Below are positions 12,066-26,160 of a stretch of 64,000 nucleotides of DNA, piece after piece. The translations under genes were made by a program, and so were the position numbers. The notes under the pieces are model-generated. The model was given only the letters and a program-made list of their open reading frames with translations. It was not told the DNA's origin and did not search any database. Numbering within the stretch: the first letter of the stretch is position 1; each line of letters opens with the position of its first letter. The stretch is from Malacoraja senta. Lineage: Eukaryota. The stretch covers positions 12,402,001-12,466,000 of the forward strand of contig CM075989.1 of NCBI GenBank assembly GCA_038087875.1. Direction: 5' to 3'.

Positions 12066-13273
12066 GAATATACATCAATAATCTATTCTGAACTTGAAGC
12101 CGACAAGGAGCAACAACCAAACAAAATAAAACCCTCCAGGTGTTAATGTAGAGCCTTGATGCTGTGATTTAGCTCATTAATTTGTTTGAATGAAAACCTA
12201 CTTGCTGATGTAATTTTTGTGTTGACCAAATGAACAGGTCAATGTTGTTGTTCTTCAGGATTCATACAGCTGTAATCATGTTGCATGATGAATTGATTAG
12301 GAACAATTGCCTCTTCAGAGGACAACACACTAATTTAAAAAAAAGAAAATAGTAAAAGCAAGTTAGGCAATATCCATAGAGAGAGGCAGTTAATTTTTCA
12401 AGTCAGTCACCTTTAATTAGAACTAACATTTGTTGTTTTGTGAATTATGATGTTTCAATAGTTTATCCAGATCTCTCTTAAATGTGGTAAGAATCATTGT
12501 CTCCATCACACTATTAAGCAGAGTTTTAGTCACCATGAGTGAAAAATATTTCTCTCAACTGTTCTCCAATCTGCCCACCAATTAATTTACACTTCTAAGC
12601 CATCTGGATAAAGTTATATAGTATTGAGATGTCCTTTTGCCAACTTGTCCATGCTGACCAGGATGTCTACCTGAGATGGTCTCTTTTGCTTATGTTATAT
12701 TGTAATTGTTCTTGCCCTTTTTCTCTCTCTCTCTCTGGCATATTGTCCTGTATATCTACCACCCTCTGCAAGAAAATCGTGCCCCCTGGTTCCCCTTTAA
12801 ATCTTTCCCTTTTCACCTTAAACCTGTGCATAATGTCACATGATGTTGAGGCTAGGAGCTCATACCAAAATCATGGACAATTTTTATCTGTTATTTGTGG
12901 AATATAACAATCATTGCTGATTACAAATTCTGAACAATGGAGGCTTCTCTTTCAGGATTGTAGCCACAGTTGTTATGGTTTCAATGCACATTTGAAGTAT
13001 ACTATAATCTTTATACCAAAAAGAGAGAAATTTAATTTATTATATTGAGTGACCTTTACCTTGAGCATAGAAGTTCATCTTTCCTCCCTCTGAAAAATAT
13101 ATTTGAGTATTTACAGCCTTTAACCGTACTAGCAGCATACATGAAAACAAAGAGTGATTTAGTTACTATGAATTTTCATTTTTTCGTACACAATAAATCT
13201 CCACTTGTATTAGTAATTTTCTTATTATGGGAAATCAGAAGATTTAATGAATGCAAATATTTATTGTCACATG

Positions 13274-13369
13274 GTCTGAAGAAGGGTTTCGGCCCGAAAC
13301 GTTGCCTATTTCCTTCGCTCCATAGATGTTCCTGCACCCGCTGAGTTTCTCCAGCATTTTTGTGTACCT
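13274..13369 (+). mobile_element. Short Penelope pLTR-derived element with hammerhead-like core
   Basis: gtCTGAAGAAGGGT-TTCG-GCCCGAAACGTT; 14-bp TSD TTTATTGTCACATG at 13260-13273 and 13370-13383. Confidence 0.85.
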
Positions 13370-13449
13370 TTTATTGTCACATGTATGGACGTGCAGTTAA
13401 CTGGTTTGTTAACTGGTTACTTGATTGACTGAAAGATTTAAAGAGACTG

Positions 13450-13730
13450 CATAGAAACAAATCTTTGCCAAAATGAGTCCACGCTAACTATTGATCATCC
13501 GTTCACATCTGTTCTGTTTTCCCACTTTCGTATCCACTCCCTACACACAAGGAGCAATTTATAGCGGCCAATTAACCTACAAACCCGCATGCCTTTAGGA
13601 TGTGGGAGGAAACCGGAGCACCCGGAGGAATTCCATTGCGATCACAGGGAGAACATGCAAACTACACAGACAGCATCCAAGGTCATGATCAAATCCAGGT
13701 CTCTGGTGCTGTGAGTCAGCAGATCTACCA
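13450..13730 (-). mobile_element. V-SINE (HE1-like)
   Basis: tgtgggaggaaaccggagcacccggagga...gggagaacatgcaaact is the reverse-complement V-domain. Related copies at ~42150-42410 and ~47560-47760. Confidence 0.8.
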
Positions 13731-13784
13731 TTTTAGGAAGATAACAATGTGCTGAAGGCAGTGTGTCTGATGGAATCTACTTTG

Positions 13785-14540
13785 ATATTTGCAATGTTTT
13801 TGATGGCATAGTCAAAAAGGTTAAAAAAAGTAAACAAGGGAAAGTAATACAATCGATCCAAAATTGGCTCAGTGGCTAGAAGAATAGGGTATTGATTTTT
13901 TTTGTGACTGTACGACTGTTATCATTGGGATCATTACTTGGTCTATTGCTTGTTGTCACATATGTTATTGATTTTGTCTTAATTGTAGGGGCATGATATA
14001 GTTAGTACATAATACAAAATCTGACAGTTAAAAACGAAGAGGAAAGCTTTAGACTGCAGAAATATTTAGCTAATATGATTATTTGGGCAGAAAGGTTACA
14101 AATGACATTTATTCCAGAGGAATGTAAGGTAGTGAATTCGGAGAGGTGCAACAAGACAAGTGTACACATAATAAAGTAAATCATATTGATTGATATGGAG
14201 GAATAGATGGATTTCTGAGTGAATGTCCAAAATAGAAGGGAAGGACAAAAAGCTGGTTGTAAAATTTGATGGGATGCTTTTGTTTACTGATCAAGGTATT
14301 GGATATAAGAAGAGGGAGGTTATATTGGAACAATGTACAACACTAGTTTGACCATAGCATGCACCTACAGTAATCACATCAAAGGAAAGATGTATTTGCA
14401 CTGGGGAGACTAACGAGTATGTTGCCTGGATGAGAAAATGTTATCTATGAGGACAATTTGGATAGCTTGGGGGATAAAAATCTGGAATAAAGGTGGCAAA
14501 GAAAAATGTGATTGAAGTTTATAAAATTATGTGGAATAGA
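13785..14540 (+). mobile_element. Old CR1-type LINE remnant
   Basis: Degenerate WIQNWL and WAE..QM.F..E.CKV segments recognisable in the nucleotide sequence. Confidence 0.6.
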
Positions 14541-17442
14541 CTAAGAACTAAGTGAGCAGAAATTCATTTTTAAATACAAGAACAAAACGGGTACATGGTA
14601 TGGGCTGGCTTTGGCAATTCTTGACATTCAGTGACACCAATGGAAATGAAATTTGGAAGGCATGGGAGGGTGTGGTGGGGACAGAGGATTTCACGGCATC
14701 CATTTTGTAATAGTGATCAAAGATCTAACCCCACTACTTTCTTATTTTACATTTCCAAAGGAAAGAATTCTGGTTAATAAACAGTTGCCAATTAGAAATT
14801 TTGGTTTGTAAACATCTGTGGTGAAGCCAGTGTAAGCAACTGTCAAAAAGCTGTCATATTTTCAATTTCCACTAAATTAATATTTGTTAGTTGTAAGTAG
14901 TTAAGAATGGATATACTGCAAATATCTTTGTGACTTGATAGATCAGAAAGCAGTTTATTTATTCGTTATGGTTGGCATAAAGTTATCACAGAGGTTAGCA
15001 GCTTCTACTCAGCCTAAGCTGCCAATTTTGGAATCAATGAATGAGAGATAGGAATGTGAATTAAACACCACTTCACTAACAAACTAGGATATAACTCCTT
15101 ATAATTAAATACTCTAAGCTGCTTTGTTGTAAATAATTGAGCAGTTTGTGACTGGGCAGACATGTTCACATTGAGTACTCTAGTAAAAACTTCACCTAGG
15201 ACAGTAAACTTGTCTTAGAAAAATAGGGCATGAACAAAATTAGAAATTGCACACACTGGAATCACAGCATGGAGCTATTCCTGCCAGGTAAAGATACTGT
15301 AAAGATATTGTGTCTCAGACATCAGTATGGGGGTTGGCGATCAATCATCCTATCCCCAAGTGATCACAGTAGTGATGTAGGGCCTACACATTGTCAGCTT
15401 CAACAATGTTCATCCACTACAAGATCAAAAGTGAGTAGGCTGGGGGGGAGAGGAGGTTCCTTCTACCTACCCCCCGTCCTTCTGGTTCAACATTGCACAA
15501 CTCCTTCCTTTCTTATCATATTCCACCAATTGTACCTTTCTGGCATCTCCACATCACCTCCAGCCTTGGCTAATGTCTCTACTCTTCTCCCTAACAACCA
15601 GTGAATGCCCTTTACCTAGATCCACATCACTTGCCAGGCTCGATCTCCATCCTTTTCCTTCACTTCTAATTATCTCCCGTTCACTCCATCAGTCTGACCT
15701 GTTCCTCCACAGATGCTGGCTGACCTATCGAGTTCCTCCAGCAGTTTGTTTTGTCCTTCAATTACAAAGTTTGTTCCCTTTGTGAATACCGATGAAAGCT
15801 ATTCACTTACGTAGGAAATCACCTATACCTTCTGGCTCCTCACCCATGTTTTCTCATGCTGGTGCTAATGGACCCTACATTTTTTTTCCTGATTATTCCT
15901 TTTCCCTTATTATACTATTAGAACACTTTACATTTACCTTAATTCTACGTGGCTGTGGTTTTTGTTTATGTTGTTGAGGCCTCAGGTTGTTGATGGTGTG
16001 AGATTCCAGACTGAGAAATCTATTGTATACGAAGGGAAATATATAGGCTTTCCTATTGGAAATACAGATTTTCTGGCATAGGTATGGCTAGAGCCTTATG
16101 TTGCTTGTCAACCCAGTGGGAATGATGATCACTCTTGATGCTTGTGAGAATGGATTGCTTCTTACTCTGAACTTCATTGATGGTGCTCAGCCCCTTGGGT
16201 GGAGAGTGATTAATGAAGCCCTAACAGAAAGTCCAGAGGGGGGGGGGGCTCTCATTATCACCTTCTTGCTTGATCATCTCCTCTTCTTGCCAAGGACCAG
16301 ATTGTAAGGGCTCCATTCTTACAAAAGGGGAAACTATGCCAGGAAGCAACAACAAAGTGAAACAGTTTCTTAGGAGTTTATTGGAGAGACTCCATATCAG
16401 CCCGGGTATTGAAATCTCTCCTCAGCACTAAAATAGAGACCTGTGTTTTGTTTTGGGTGGTTCTGGCTAAAATTCAGAGGCAGGAATTTAGCAACAGTTA
16501 TTGTTGCCCAAGATCCATCCATTGATTTGGCACATTGGCATGAATATGGGCAGAATTAAGAAATTATGCAATATTGCTGGTGTTTTTTGTGTGTACATGA
16601 TTTGCAGACTATGCAGACTATGAAGCATTAAAGGAATGAAAATCTTTGAATTTTCTAATCAAAGAATTTGTTATGGAGCATATCTTTTCTTGAGCAAAGC
16701 ACCTCTGTCTTCCATATGCAACAATCTGCTCTAAATTGGGAGATGTCGCTGATTTGCATTGCAGTTGCCCCATTTGAGACCTGGGTAAGAAAATTAAGGG
16801 CTACTATAATCTTAACTGCCACACATGCACAGAAGTTCAGGCATGGTGAAACTCACTAAAACTCCTTAATGTTAGCTGTTGGTCATAATGCTGCTCAATC
16901 AAGTGCATGTGGATGCTAATATTCTTTGAATGCATCCTTTCTGGACAGAACTTCCTGCTATCTTTTTAACCCATGTTACCTATTTTCCTCTTTATGATAC
17001 GGGAGCCCTAAGTTGCCTCCTGCCTTTCTTCCACAGAAAGGGAATCACTTGCATCATCATCATCATACAGCAATGAATCTCATCATCATACGACAATGTT
17101 TAATATTGTTAAAACAATCTCTTCAATGCTTTTGGTTAATTATCAATAAACCTGCATTGAGGTAAACCTGCCACTGAGCATTCCTTTACATATTAATATG
17201 GCATTGGGAGTGGTTTTGTGCCGTTGCTGAGACAATGTATATTGAACGTGGTTCAATCAGTGGATCAGTTGGATCAATACTGTCTTATTAATCAGGGAAG
17301 TCACCAAACCAGTGTTAGGGAAGGATTAATGCTGCCAGCTGTCCACTGTTTTTACTTACAACTTGGCATAAGATTGACTTCAATTTGCTGAGTAACACAA
17401 GTCATGGCAAAGATGTGCATTGAATATTTGTGAAGGCAACGA

Positions 17443-17575
17443 GTCTGAAGAAGGGTCTTGACCCGAAACATTATCTATCCATGTTCTCCAGGGATGTTGC
17501 CTGACCCGCTGAATTACTCCAGCACTTTGTGTCCTTTTGTGCATAAACCAGCATCTGCAGTTCTTTGTTTCTACA
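17443..17575 (+). mobile_element. Penelope pLTR-derived element
   Basis: gtctgaagaagggtcttgacccgaaaca...ccagcatctgcagttc, homologous to 24711-24835. Confidence 0.8.
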
Positions 17576-18839
17576 AACAAATTAGTACCTGTAACTTTGT
17601 AAAAAAAAAAAAAAAAGGCCACCTGGGACAGCTTTGTGGTGATTTTTTTAATAAATTAAAATATTATTAAAGATTATTTCGGTTCTGATGCTAGCACAGA
17701 GTTACATTTTAAAGTCTTGCTGAAGTCAGCACTAAGCGCAATAAAATTTGGCTTGTTTGGTGTCCATGTAGAATCAAGATCAATTTGAAATATTTCCTTT
17801 AAGACATTAGCATTACTGGTGAAAGTTTGCATTAACCTTCATTAATTACATTAACATCAAGAGGATAAATATTTCCATTTGACTATTTTTATTGGAATCA
17901 GTTATAGAAAAATATAACTCCATTTCAAAAGAGCTAATCTTTTCCAACTTATTTCCTTGATTAAAACAAAACAAATCTGGTGAAAGTAAATTCTGGAATT
18001 GAAATTGACAAACCTGAAGTTAACTATGCTTGGGTAAATTCTGTAGTTATAAGACATCGCCCACATGAAGTATGGGCTAATAGTTTCTACCTTTTGGGTC
18101 ATACAGAGACATCGCCTATGCCTCGAATTATAATATGTGTTAATCTCTTTACCATTAATTAGGCTGTACACTATGGGCAAGGATTACATTATTTGGTATC
18201 TCTAAAGGATTGCTGGTTGTTCTTCTGGGGTAATTCATAATGAATAACAGCTGCAGAAAGGAGGCTAAACATTAGAGAAAACAGCTTTTGAAGTTTCTAC
18301 TATGAAGCTAGAACTTTTTTGGTGAACTGACATTCTCCTTGGAAGAAAAGTGCTGCGAATGTATGACTGCAAAAGTTAGTGCTGTCTCAGCTGCACATAG
18401 ATTTTGGGAGCAGGTGAGGAAGGAATTTCTGGTCTCAGGAGAGTTGCTCTGGGAACGATTTGTTTAGGTTTACAATATTGCTTTAGCAAGCATGGTGCAG
18501 GTCACACAGAACCAATATATATAGCAAGCTGACAGCCAGTCATGTACTTTTGCAAAAGGCAAGCATACCTGTTATACCAATGCATTTCACATTACCATCC
18601 TGACAATTCATCTGAGAAGTTTTGCATTAAGTGTGACTAGCAGCAATATTAAACATAGCTGCCAGTATAAGATGTATGCAGGTGCGCACCGTAGATATGT
18701 ATAGAGTGGTTAATGGGAGAGTACTTGGATCACAGTTTTTTTTAAAACATTCCTGCGGTGGTGTTGCCTGTAAATTTGTAAATGGGAATTTGGCTGCAAT
18801 TATTAGTGTATAGGGAGGCAGGGCATTGGCGTTGATAAT

Positions 18840-19860
18840 CATTGTGGAGGATGCTTTGTTGCCTTTCCTTACTGATTGTGTCCATGTGTCAGCAAGTTGA
18901 GAATCCAGAATGGGGTGCTCACTCCAAGGCCCAGGAGTATGGAGATGAGTTTGGCTGTGATTATGATGTTCAAGGTGGAGCTATAGTCAATAAACAGAAG
19001 TGTGACCTAGGTGACTGTCATCCAGATGTTCCAGCGATGAGTGAAGGGCCAGGGAGATGGTGTTTATCTACTCTGGATATTTTGCAGCTGTAGACGAATT
19101 GTAGTGGAACAAGACCATCTGGGAGGCTGGAGTTAATGTATACTTTGACCAGCCTCTCGAAACACTCCATGGTGGATGCCAGAGCCACCAGATGGACGTC
19201 ATTAAGGAACACAACCTTCCTTTTCATTGGCATTTGGTTGACAGTGGTCTTGTTAAATTAGGTGGGAACTTCAGAATGTTGACGGGGGAAGTTAAAGATG
19301 TCCCTGAATAATCCTGCCAGCTGGGCTGCACAGGTTTTGAGGTCACAGCCAGAGCTTCCATCCAGTCCAGTTTATTTCTGTGGGTTTACTGTCAGGAAGA
19401 CCGATCTAACATCTGAGACGTTTGCGGTTATTCCACTGACTTTCGGTTCAAAGCGAGTGTAGTATACATTGAGCTTGTTGGGAAGGGACACGATTCTAGT
19501 CTCTTGATGTTGCCTGACTTCACTTTGTCACCCATTGTGGCATTTATACCTTGCCACAATTAACGGAGGTGTGAGTGATCACCTTGGGTCTCGAACTTGG
19601 TCCGGACTTCCCTCTTGGCATCCTTATTGGCTTTGCAAGTTCATACATGGATTTGCGGTATCACTTAGGATCATTTAACATGAGCATTTCAGACGTCGAC
19701 TTAACATGGGAGTGGACCTCATGATTCAACTATGGTTTACTGGTTCGGGAGCACTTGTATTGTCTACTTTGGCATGCAGTCCTTAAACGTTTACTGATGA
19801 AGTTTGGGACAGCAGTGGCATTCTCATCTGGGTTTACTGTAGAGTTCTAGAAGGGTGTAG
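18840..19860 (-). mobile_element. Degenerate Rex1-type LINE
   Basis: VALASTMECFERLV...PLQFVY. Confidence 0.8.
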
Positions 19861-20574
19861 AATGCATGGCTGTGAGGATCAGGGAAGTAATTGTTCTATT
19901 TCAATGGCGGATTGGTGGACTCATGGGATCTTAATCTTTCATTAAAAAGGCATTCAGCACAGCAATGTATGCCACTTCGGTACGAGAAGGAACTGTGAGG
20001 ATATTATTTGAAATTGGATAATTCATTGTTCATGACATTGGATTGTAAGCTATGAGGTACTGCTCTTGGAGTTTGCATATATCCTTATTCTGGCAATGCA
20101 TGAGGCAAGTACCATTAAGAGATTTAAAATACACTTGTTTAGGTACATGGATATAGAAGGTCTGGAGGGATATGGGTAAGGTGCAGGCAATTGGGACCAG
20201 CTTGGATAAGCAACTTGGTTGACACAAACAAGTTGGGCTGAATGGCCTGTTCTTCGCTGTATAGCTATAACATGCAATGGAACTTCCAGTTTAGGAAGGC
20301 TCCAGGGTGCTGTGGAAGTGGATGTTTTCATTATATTATTTGTGCAGTTGATGACAGCTTGCATTCGTAGAAGTCAGTGGAAACTGCAAATCTGCACCAA
20401 TCCATGCGCCTACATAGACTCTTGCTAATTCATGTAATTTACAGCACTGGCCATATGAATTTGTGTGCCATTGTTTGTGAAATCCTAAAAATGTCTTCCT
20501 TGGAAGTGTGGAATGGTCCAGGCAAAGTAGTCGGTGGTGTTGGTGAATTTGGCAGCTGTTGGTAACTTCAGCGG

Positions 20575-22185
20575 CCTCACTAACTTCCTATACCACTGTA
20601 ACATAATGTCCCAACGGCTATATGATGAAGACCAGCAAGCCAGACGTCTTCTTCACCACCCTGTGCCTGCAATCCCGTTTTCATAGAATAATGTACTTGT
20701 ACTCCTGGATCCCTATGCTCTACAGCAGCCTCCAGCGCTCTACCATTCACTGTGAAGGCACAGCCTCTGGTTGGTCTTCCCAAAATGCAACACCTCACAC
20801 TTATCTGAATTAAATTCCTGTAGCTGAGCCTGGAACTCGGGTGAGTTCATGGCTCTGGTCGGTGGCGGAGATGCGGGGGTAAAGTCCTTTTCTAAAGCGA
20901 TGCTGCCTGACCCGCTGAGTTAAGGGCCTGTCCCACTTGGGCGTCATTTGCGTGTCATTTACGCGACAGGCCGGTAGTGACTGACACACGACAGTCTCGC
21001 GAAAATCGTCTAGCAGTACGACAGTCGCGCGCCAAGTGCTCTTGAGGGCCCTGCTTCTTTTGGGAGCCATTTGCGATGTCGATTGTACTTGGTCCGATCT
21101 CCGTGGCAAGGATTTTCCCAGTGTAAAATTTTGAAAACTTTGCGTGCTTTATACCCGGGTGGTCACGTGGTGCGGCGCTCAAATGACGCACAAATGGCGA
21201 GCCGACGGCGTACGGGCTGCGCATGGTTATGGACGTTGATGCACGGTGACGCATAATAAATTAGCATAGGCAATGTTCATGCATAACCATGCATCACCAC
21301 GCGCTACACGTACTCTGTCAGTACGTCAGCGTGCGCAAGGGATATGTCATGCAGGTGACACGCGAGGATTTTGAGCATTCCAAATTCCTGGGGACCCACG
21401 CGTTGCCGCATGTCACTGCATATGCCACCATGCCTCACCACACGCCATGCACGCGTCATGACACGCCAACCAATTTTTAGGATGTCGCGTAAATGATGCC
21501 CAAGTGGGACAGGCCCTTTACTCCAGCAATTTGTGTCTATCCATTTGCCATTCCTTGGCCCATGTGCCCAGTTGATCAAGATCCTGCTGTAATTCATGCG
21601 GTCTACAATACAACCTATTTTAGTATCATCAGCAAACTCTTTAATATTGTCTAGTGCATTTTCATCCAAATCATTATAGACGACAAACAACAATGGCTCC
21701 AGCAATAATCCTTGAGGCACATCATTAGTCACAGGCCTTTAGTCTGAAAAATTATCTTCCACCTCTACCCTCTGCTTCCTACCATGAAGCCAATTCGAAA
21801 TCCAGTTAGCTAGCTCTCCCTGGAGCCTCCGCGATTTACCCTTCCAGAGCAGCCTACCATGTGGAACATTATCAAACGTCTTGCTAAAGTCCATATCGAC
21901 TATGTCTGCAGCCCTGCTTCATTAACCTTCTTGGTTACTTCTTTAAAAAACTCAATAAAATTTGTGAAACACAATGCCCGTGCTAACTAACCCTAATCAG
22001 ACCTTGCCTTTCCAGATACATGTATATCTTATTCCTCACAATTCACCCCAATATCTTTCCTACCACAGATGTTATGCTTATTGGTTTCAAGTTCCCAGAT
22101 TATTATTTTTTTTGCAGCCCCTCTTGAATAGAGGCACAGCATTAGCCACCCTTCAGACTTCCGGCACCTCACCCGTGACTAACGA
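20575..22185 (-). mobile_element. CR1-type LINE RT region, interrupted by Penelope and MITE insertions
   Basis: VPQGLLLEPLLFVVYNDLDEN...FADDTKIG on the minus strand. Confidence 0.8.
20923..21517. mobile_element. PIF/Harbinger-type MITE inserted in a Penelope-derived fragment
   Basis: ~30 bp TIRs AGGGCCTGTCCCACTTGGGC. TTA TSD; removing the element restores gctgagTTActccagc. Confidence 0.88.
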
Positions 22186-24214
22186 TATAACTCAACCAAC
22201 GAAATTGATGGGGAACATCAATGCTTTTAGGAATATTCAGGAATATTAGACTAGTTAAACCCTCAAGGCTGCTGAACTATCCAAGAAGATCATGTCATAA
22301 TTCTTTCATTAAAAAGACATTGAGCACAGCAATGTATAATAATTCCACCATCACAGTTCCATCATCCCTTGATTTATTTATGACAAAATCTCATGGACAA
22401 ACATGTTTATTTCATAATTTGATGAACTTTTTTGTTTGCATTTGTTTCTGTTTCCTAAAATTTTAGTTGACATCCTCTTCCTTTTCCAAGCTGGCAGGTT
22501 AATATGAGACTGGATGTCCGGGTCAACTTGGACTGTTTTTTAATTAGCATATACAAGTGTGCAAGTTTTGCCTGCAGCCACTCCTCTTGATTTCTTCTGA
22601 TATTGCTTTAACCTGTTTCTTCCAGGATGTATTGACTGAATTAATAACTGATCCTCTGGAAAATCAAAGACATGAACTCGTGTTCAATTCTTGTTTGGGC
22701 AGTATATTGATCTTTCAATGTAGATCTCTTTTGAATGAGCAATGAATGGCTTGTTATCTGAAAATGTTCATATCTATAAACGATTGCCCAAAAATAACAC
22801 ATTTATCAGTTTGGGTTTAGGGTTGGATTTCCATGAGTGAAGTAAAGTTGATTTTTTGGATTCCTTTTAGATTAGCAGAATCAGCAGGATGGCACATCAA
22901 TTTTCTTTGTGTTCATGGGTAGAGACTTTTTTACAATCCATCTGCATGTGTACTGAGAAACAATGCTTGCCAATATTATTGACATGTACCTAGTATTTTA
23001 TTAGATCATGCACATATTGACACATCAGTCATTCTGCAGTGGACTGGTGGTTACCTGCCAAGGGGTTTATAAAGTTCAATATTGGAAATTGCACAGCGAT
23101 CTCAAAGGAATATGTGCACACTGCTACCTTGTTCTTGTTTACCATGTTCTTATTTCAATGTTTCTTTCCTATAATAGATAATTTTATTGATTAAATCAAC
23201 ACATAATTTTAGTAGATATTATGATATTATGATTGAAGCAATTAAATTGCTTCGAGGAGTCATTAGTTATGGTTCAGATTTGACAATATTGTACATTTAG
23301 AAAATTGGCAGTAGATGCAAAATACTATGAATGATGTAACATAATTGCAGGTGTAATTGACACGGTACAATAGCGTTGATATTTCCTGATCCATAATCCA
23401 AATATAAATCTCCAAATATTTTCAATAGGCATGCCATCATGATCTTTATAATCAATGTCAATATTTTTCTGCAACCACGCTAACAACGCCCTATCCATGG
23501 AACAAAGCCCCCTCATTCTATATGAGAACGGTCAGGATAATAACATGCAACACCTTCACCTTTCATCCTTTGCAATCTCTGAGGATATTATTTTAAACAC
23601 AGTTGATTTCACCTTGTATGTAAGCATTGACAGCTCATCAGTATCTGTTTCTGTTTGGCAGAAGTAGCCAACACACAATAAGAGAGAGATCTCTGTCAAT
23701 AGAGAGAGTCATGGTCATCAAAGTCAGCTATTTAAGTGTGTCCTTTAAATCAGGGAAGATAATTAGAGAAGGAGACAACATACTGATAAGCAGGAGGCCC
23801 AGGGCTGGTCACATTTTCATCCTACATTATATCCAGACACAGAGGATGTAATATAAGCAAACATGTACAACTACTGTTGAACACCCACATTTTTTAAAGT
23901 GAGAACACATTTTTGCATGCTCTTCTGCTTTGGTATTGTAAACAGTTCATCGATGCTACTAATTATATTATTTTTGGAGTGAAAATAAATTGAATATTTC
24001 CAGTTTGTTATTGTGTATTTTAAATAATCCCACCTTTTTTGTCTCAAATTAGCAGCAAAACAAAATCCATAACAAATTTCTACAACAAATTATTTTCCCA
24101 TTCAATTCTAACATTCCTGTTAATGTGAAATAATATATTTCCATTTACAGGTAATGATATTGATTGTATTGCTATGATTAAACTAAACTATTTTATATAA
24201 ACTAAACTAAACAT

Positions 24215-24838
24215 CCGCAGGAAATGCTACACTTGTCGATTTACCTCCCCCCTTGACTCCATTCAAGGACCCAAGCAATCTTTCCAGGTGCGGCAGAGGT
24301 TTACCTGCACCTCCTCCAACCTCATCTATTGCATCCGCTGCTCTAGGTGTCAGCTGCTCTACATCGGTGAGACCAAGCGTAGGCTTGGCGATCGCTTCAC
24401 CCAACACCTCCGCTCGGTTCTCAATAACCAACCTGATCTCCCGGTGGCTCAGCACTTCAACTCCCCCTCTCATTCCGAATCCGACCTTTCTGTCCTGGGC
24501 CTCCTCCATGGCCAGTGTGAGGCCCACCGTAAATTGGAGGAGCAGCAACTCATATTTCGCTTGGGCAGTTTACACCCCAGCGGTATGAACATTGACTTCT
24601 CCAATTTCAGGTAGTCCCTGCTTTCTCCTCCCCTTCCCAGCTCTCCCTCAGCCCACTGTCTCCGACTCTTCCTGTCTTCTTCCCGCCCCCCCACCCCCAC
24701 CCTCTCATTAGTCTGAAGAAGGGTCTCGACCAGAAACGTCGCCTATTTCCTTCGCTCCATAGATGCTGCCTCACCCGCTGAGTTTCTCCAGCATTTTTGT
24801 CTACCTTTGATTTTCCAGCATCTGCAGTTCCTTCTTAA
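24215..24838 (+). mobile_element. Penelope-like retroelement 3' end: GIY-YIG endonuclease remnant plus 3' pLTR
   Basis: ORF 24288-24614 (NLIYCIRCSRCQLLYIGETKRRLGDRFTQH...LHPSGMN) is a GIY-YIG domain. Followed by a C-rich tract and the CTGAAGA...GAAACGTC motif. Confidence 0.93.
24713..24740 (+). ncRNA. Minimal type-I hammerhead ribozyme-like core in the Penelope pLTR
   Basis: CUGAAGA-A-GGGUC-UC-GACCA-GAAA-CG-UC, with one stem-II mismatch in this copy. Penelope-like elements are known to carry minimal hammerhead motifs. Confidence 0.6.
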
Positions 24839-25699
24839 ACTATATTTTCTAATCAGTTGTTACTACTATTCATAAAGTTCCTTTTACTGAGGCTTTCACT
24901 AATCTTTTTCCCTTTTTGTTTTGACCTATTATTATACCTTGGGGATCGCCTTAAAGAAGCCAGCTGTGAAAATCTACCAAACACATGAATCAGTTGAAAT
25001 GCATTAAATGCACAGTAAAAACAAATTTGGTTTGAAACAAATCCAGGTGTCCAGCATAAGTCAGTGATTAAAATGTAAGCACAGCAATAATTCTGAAATT
25101 TAGACACAGGTGGTGGATTATATTAAATTTAAAGTTTTTAGATTAATCTTGCTGTGTTGCTTGCATAAAAGTGAAATGAATGAAAATCTATTGATAGCTC
25201 AATGGTAATATTTCATGACATTGCTCTGGAATTCATTCAAGTTACAGGAATAATGGGTACATAAGCCTGAATTTTTCTTCATATTTTTGTGAATCAGCTA
25301 TAGATCCTAGTGTTTTTCAAGCATCATCTATTTGATGAAATGAGAAGACAGTATTTAAAATATATTTTTGATTTTGTCACTTTGTTCTGTGGTCCAATCA
25401 CAGGTCGTAATTGTCCAACTTATGGGATATGTTTTTGTATATCAAGTTCACCGAATATCACCTCCTTGAATAAATATTTACAAATTCACCATTAGTTACC
25501 AAAGCAAAATCAGTCACTGTAAGGAGGACACAATTCTTCAGGAGCAGTATTGGTTGGTACATGCTTATTTGTTATATGTACCAGATATGAACTGGAACCA
25601 TGAAATTCTTATTTGCTTTATATGCATATTAGATGCAACAACAACATTTAATATACAATACATTATTAGTTTTTCTAAGTAAACAAGTAATCACAAGAT

Positions 25700-26160
25700 T
25701 ACAACCGTAGAGGTCCTGCTTTTTAACTTTCTACCTAACTCCATAGATTCTCTATGCAAGACTTCATCTCTTTTCTTGACTTTGTTATTGGTACTAATAT
25801 GGACCACAACCTCTGGTTGCTCTATCCTTCCCTTTCAGAATGTCCTGTACTCACTCAGAGACATCCTTGAGCCTGGCACAAGGGAATCAACACATTATCC
25901 TGGAGTCTCTCTCACAGCCACATAAGTGCTGATCAGTGCCCCCACTAGTCTATCTAAAGTCCCCAATCACTACTGTTCAACTAGACCTTTGTATTATCTG
26001 CTGTCCAACAGAGCTGGGTGTGGTCACACTGATTTAGCTAATGCTCCTATCCCCTAAGATGCCAAGTCTCCCAATAGATTCCAAAGTCTATACCTGTTAG
26101 GGCATAGCTACAGAGGATTACTGCACTACCTTCCTGTCTCTCCTGGCAGAAGTGTGACCA
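25700..26160 (-). mobile_element. CR1-type LINE ORF1 (SGNH esterase-like) remnant
   Basis: The minus strand gives degenerate ERDSR...KDVSE...QPEVVVHISTNN motifs. Confidence 0.6.

Noticed and set aside
17005..17100. Strong pyrimidine tract plus CAG acceptor (similar at ~22600-22625 and ~62760-62772)
   Set aside because: No matching donor or recognisable coding sequence.
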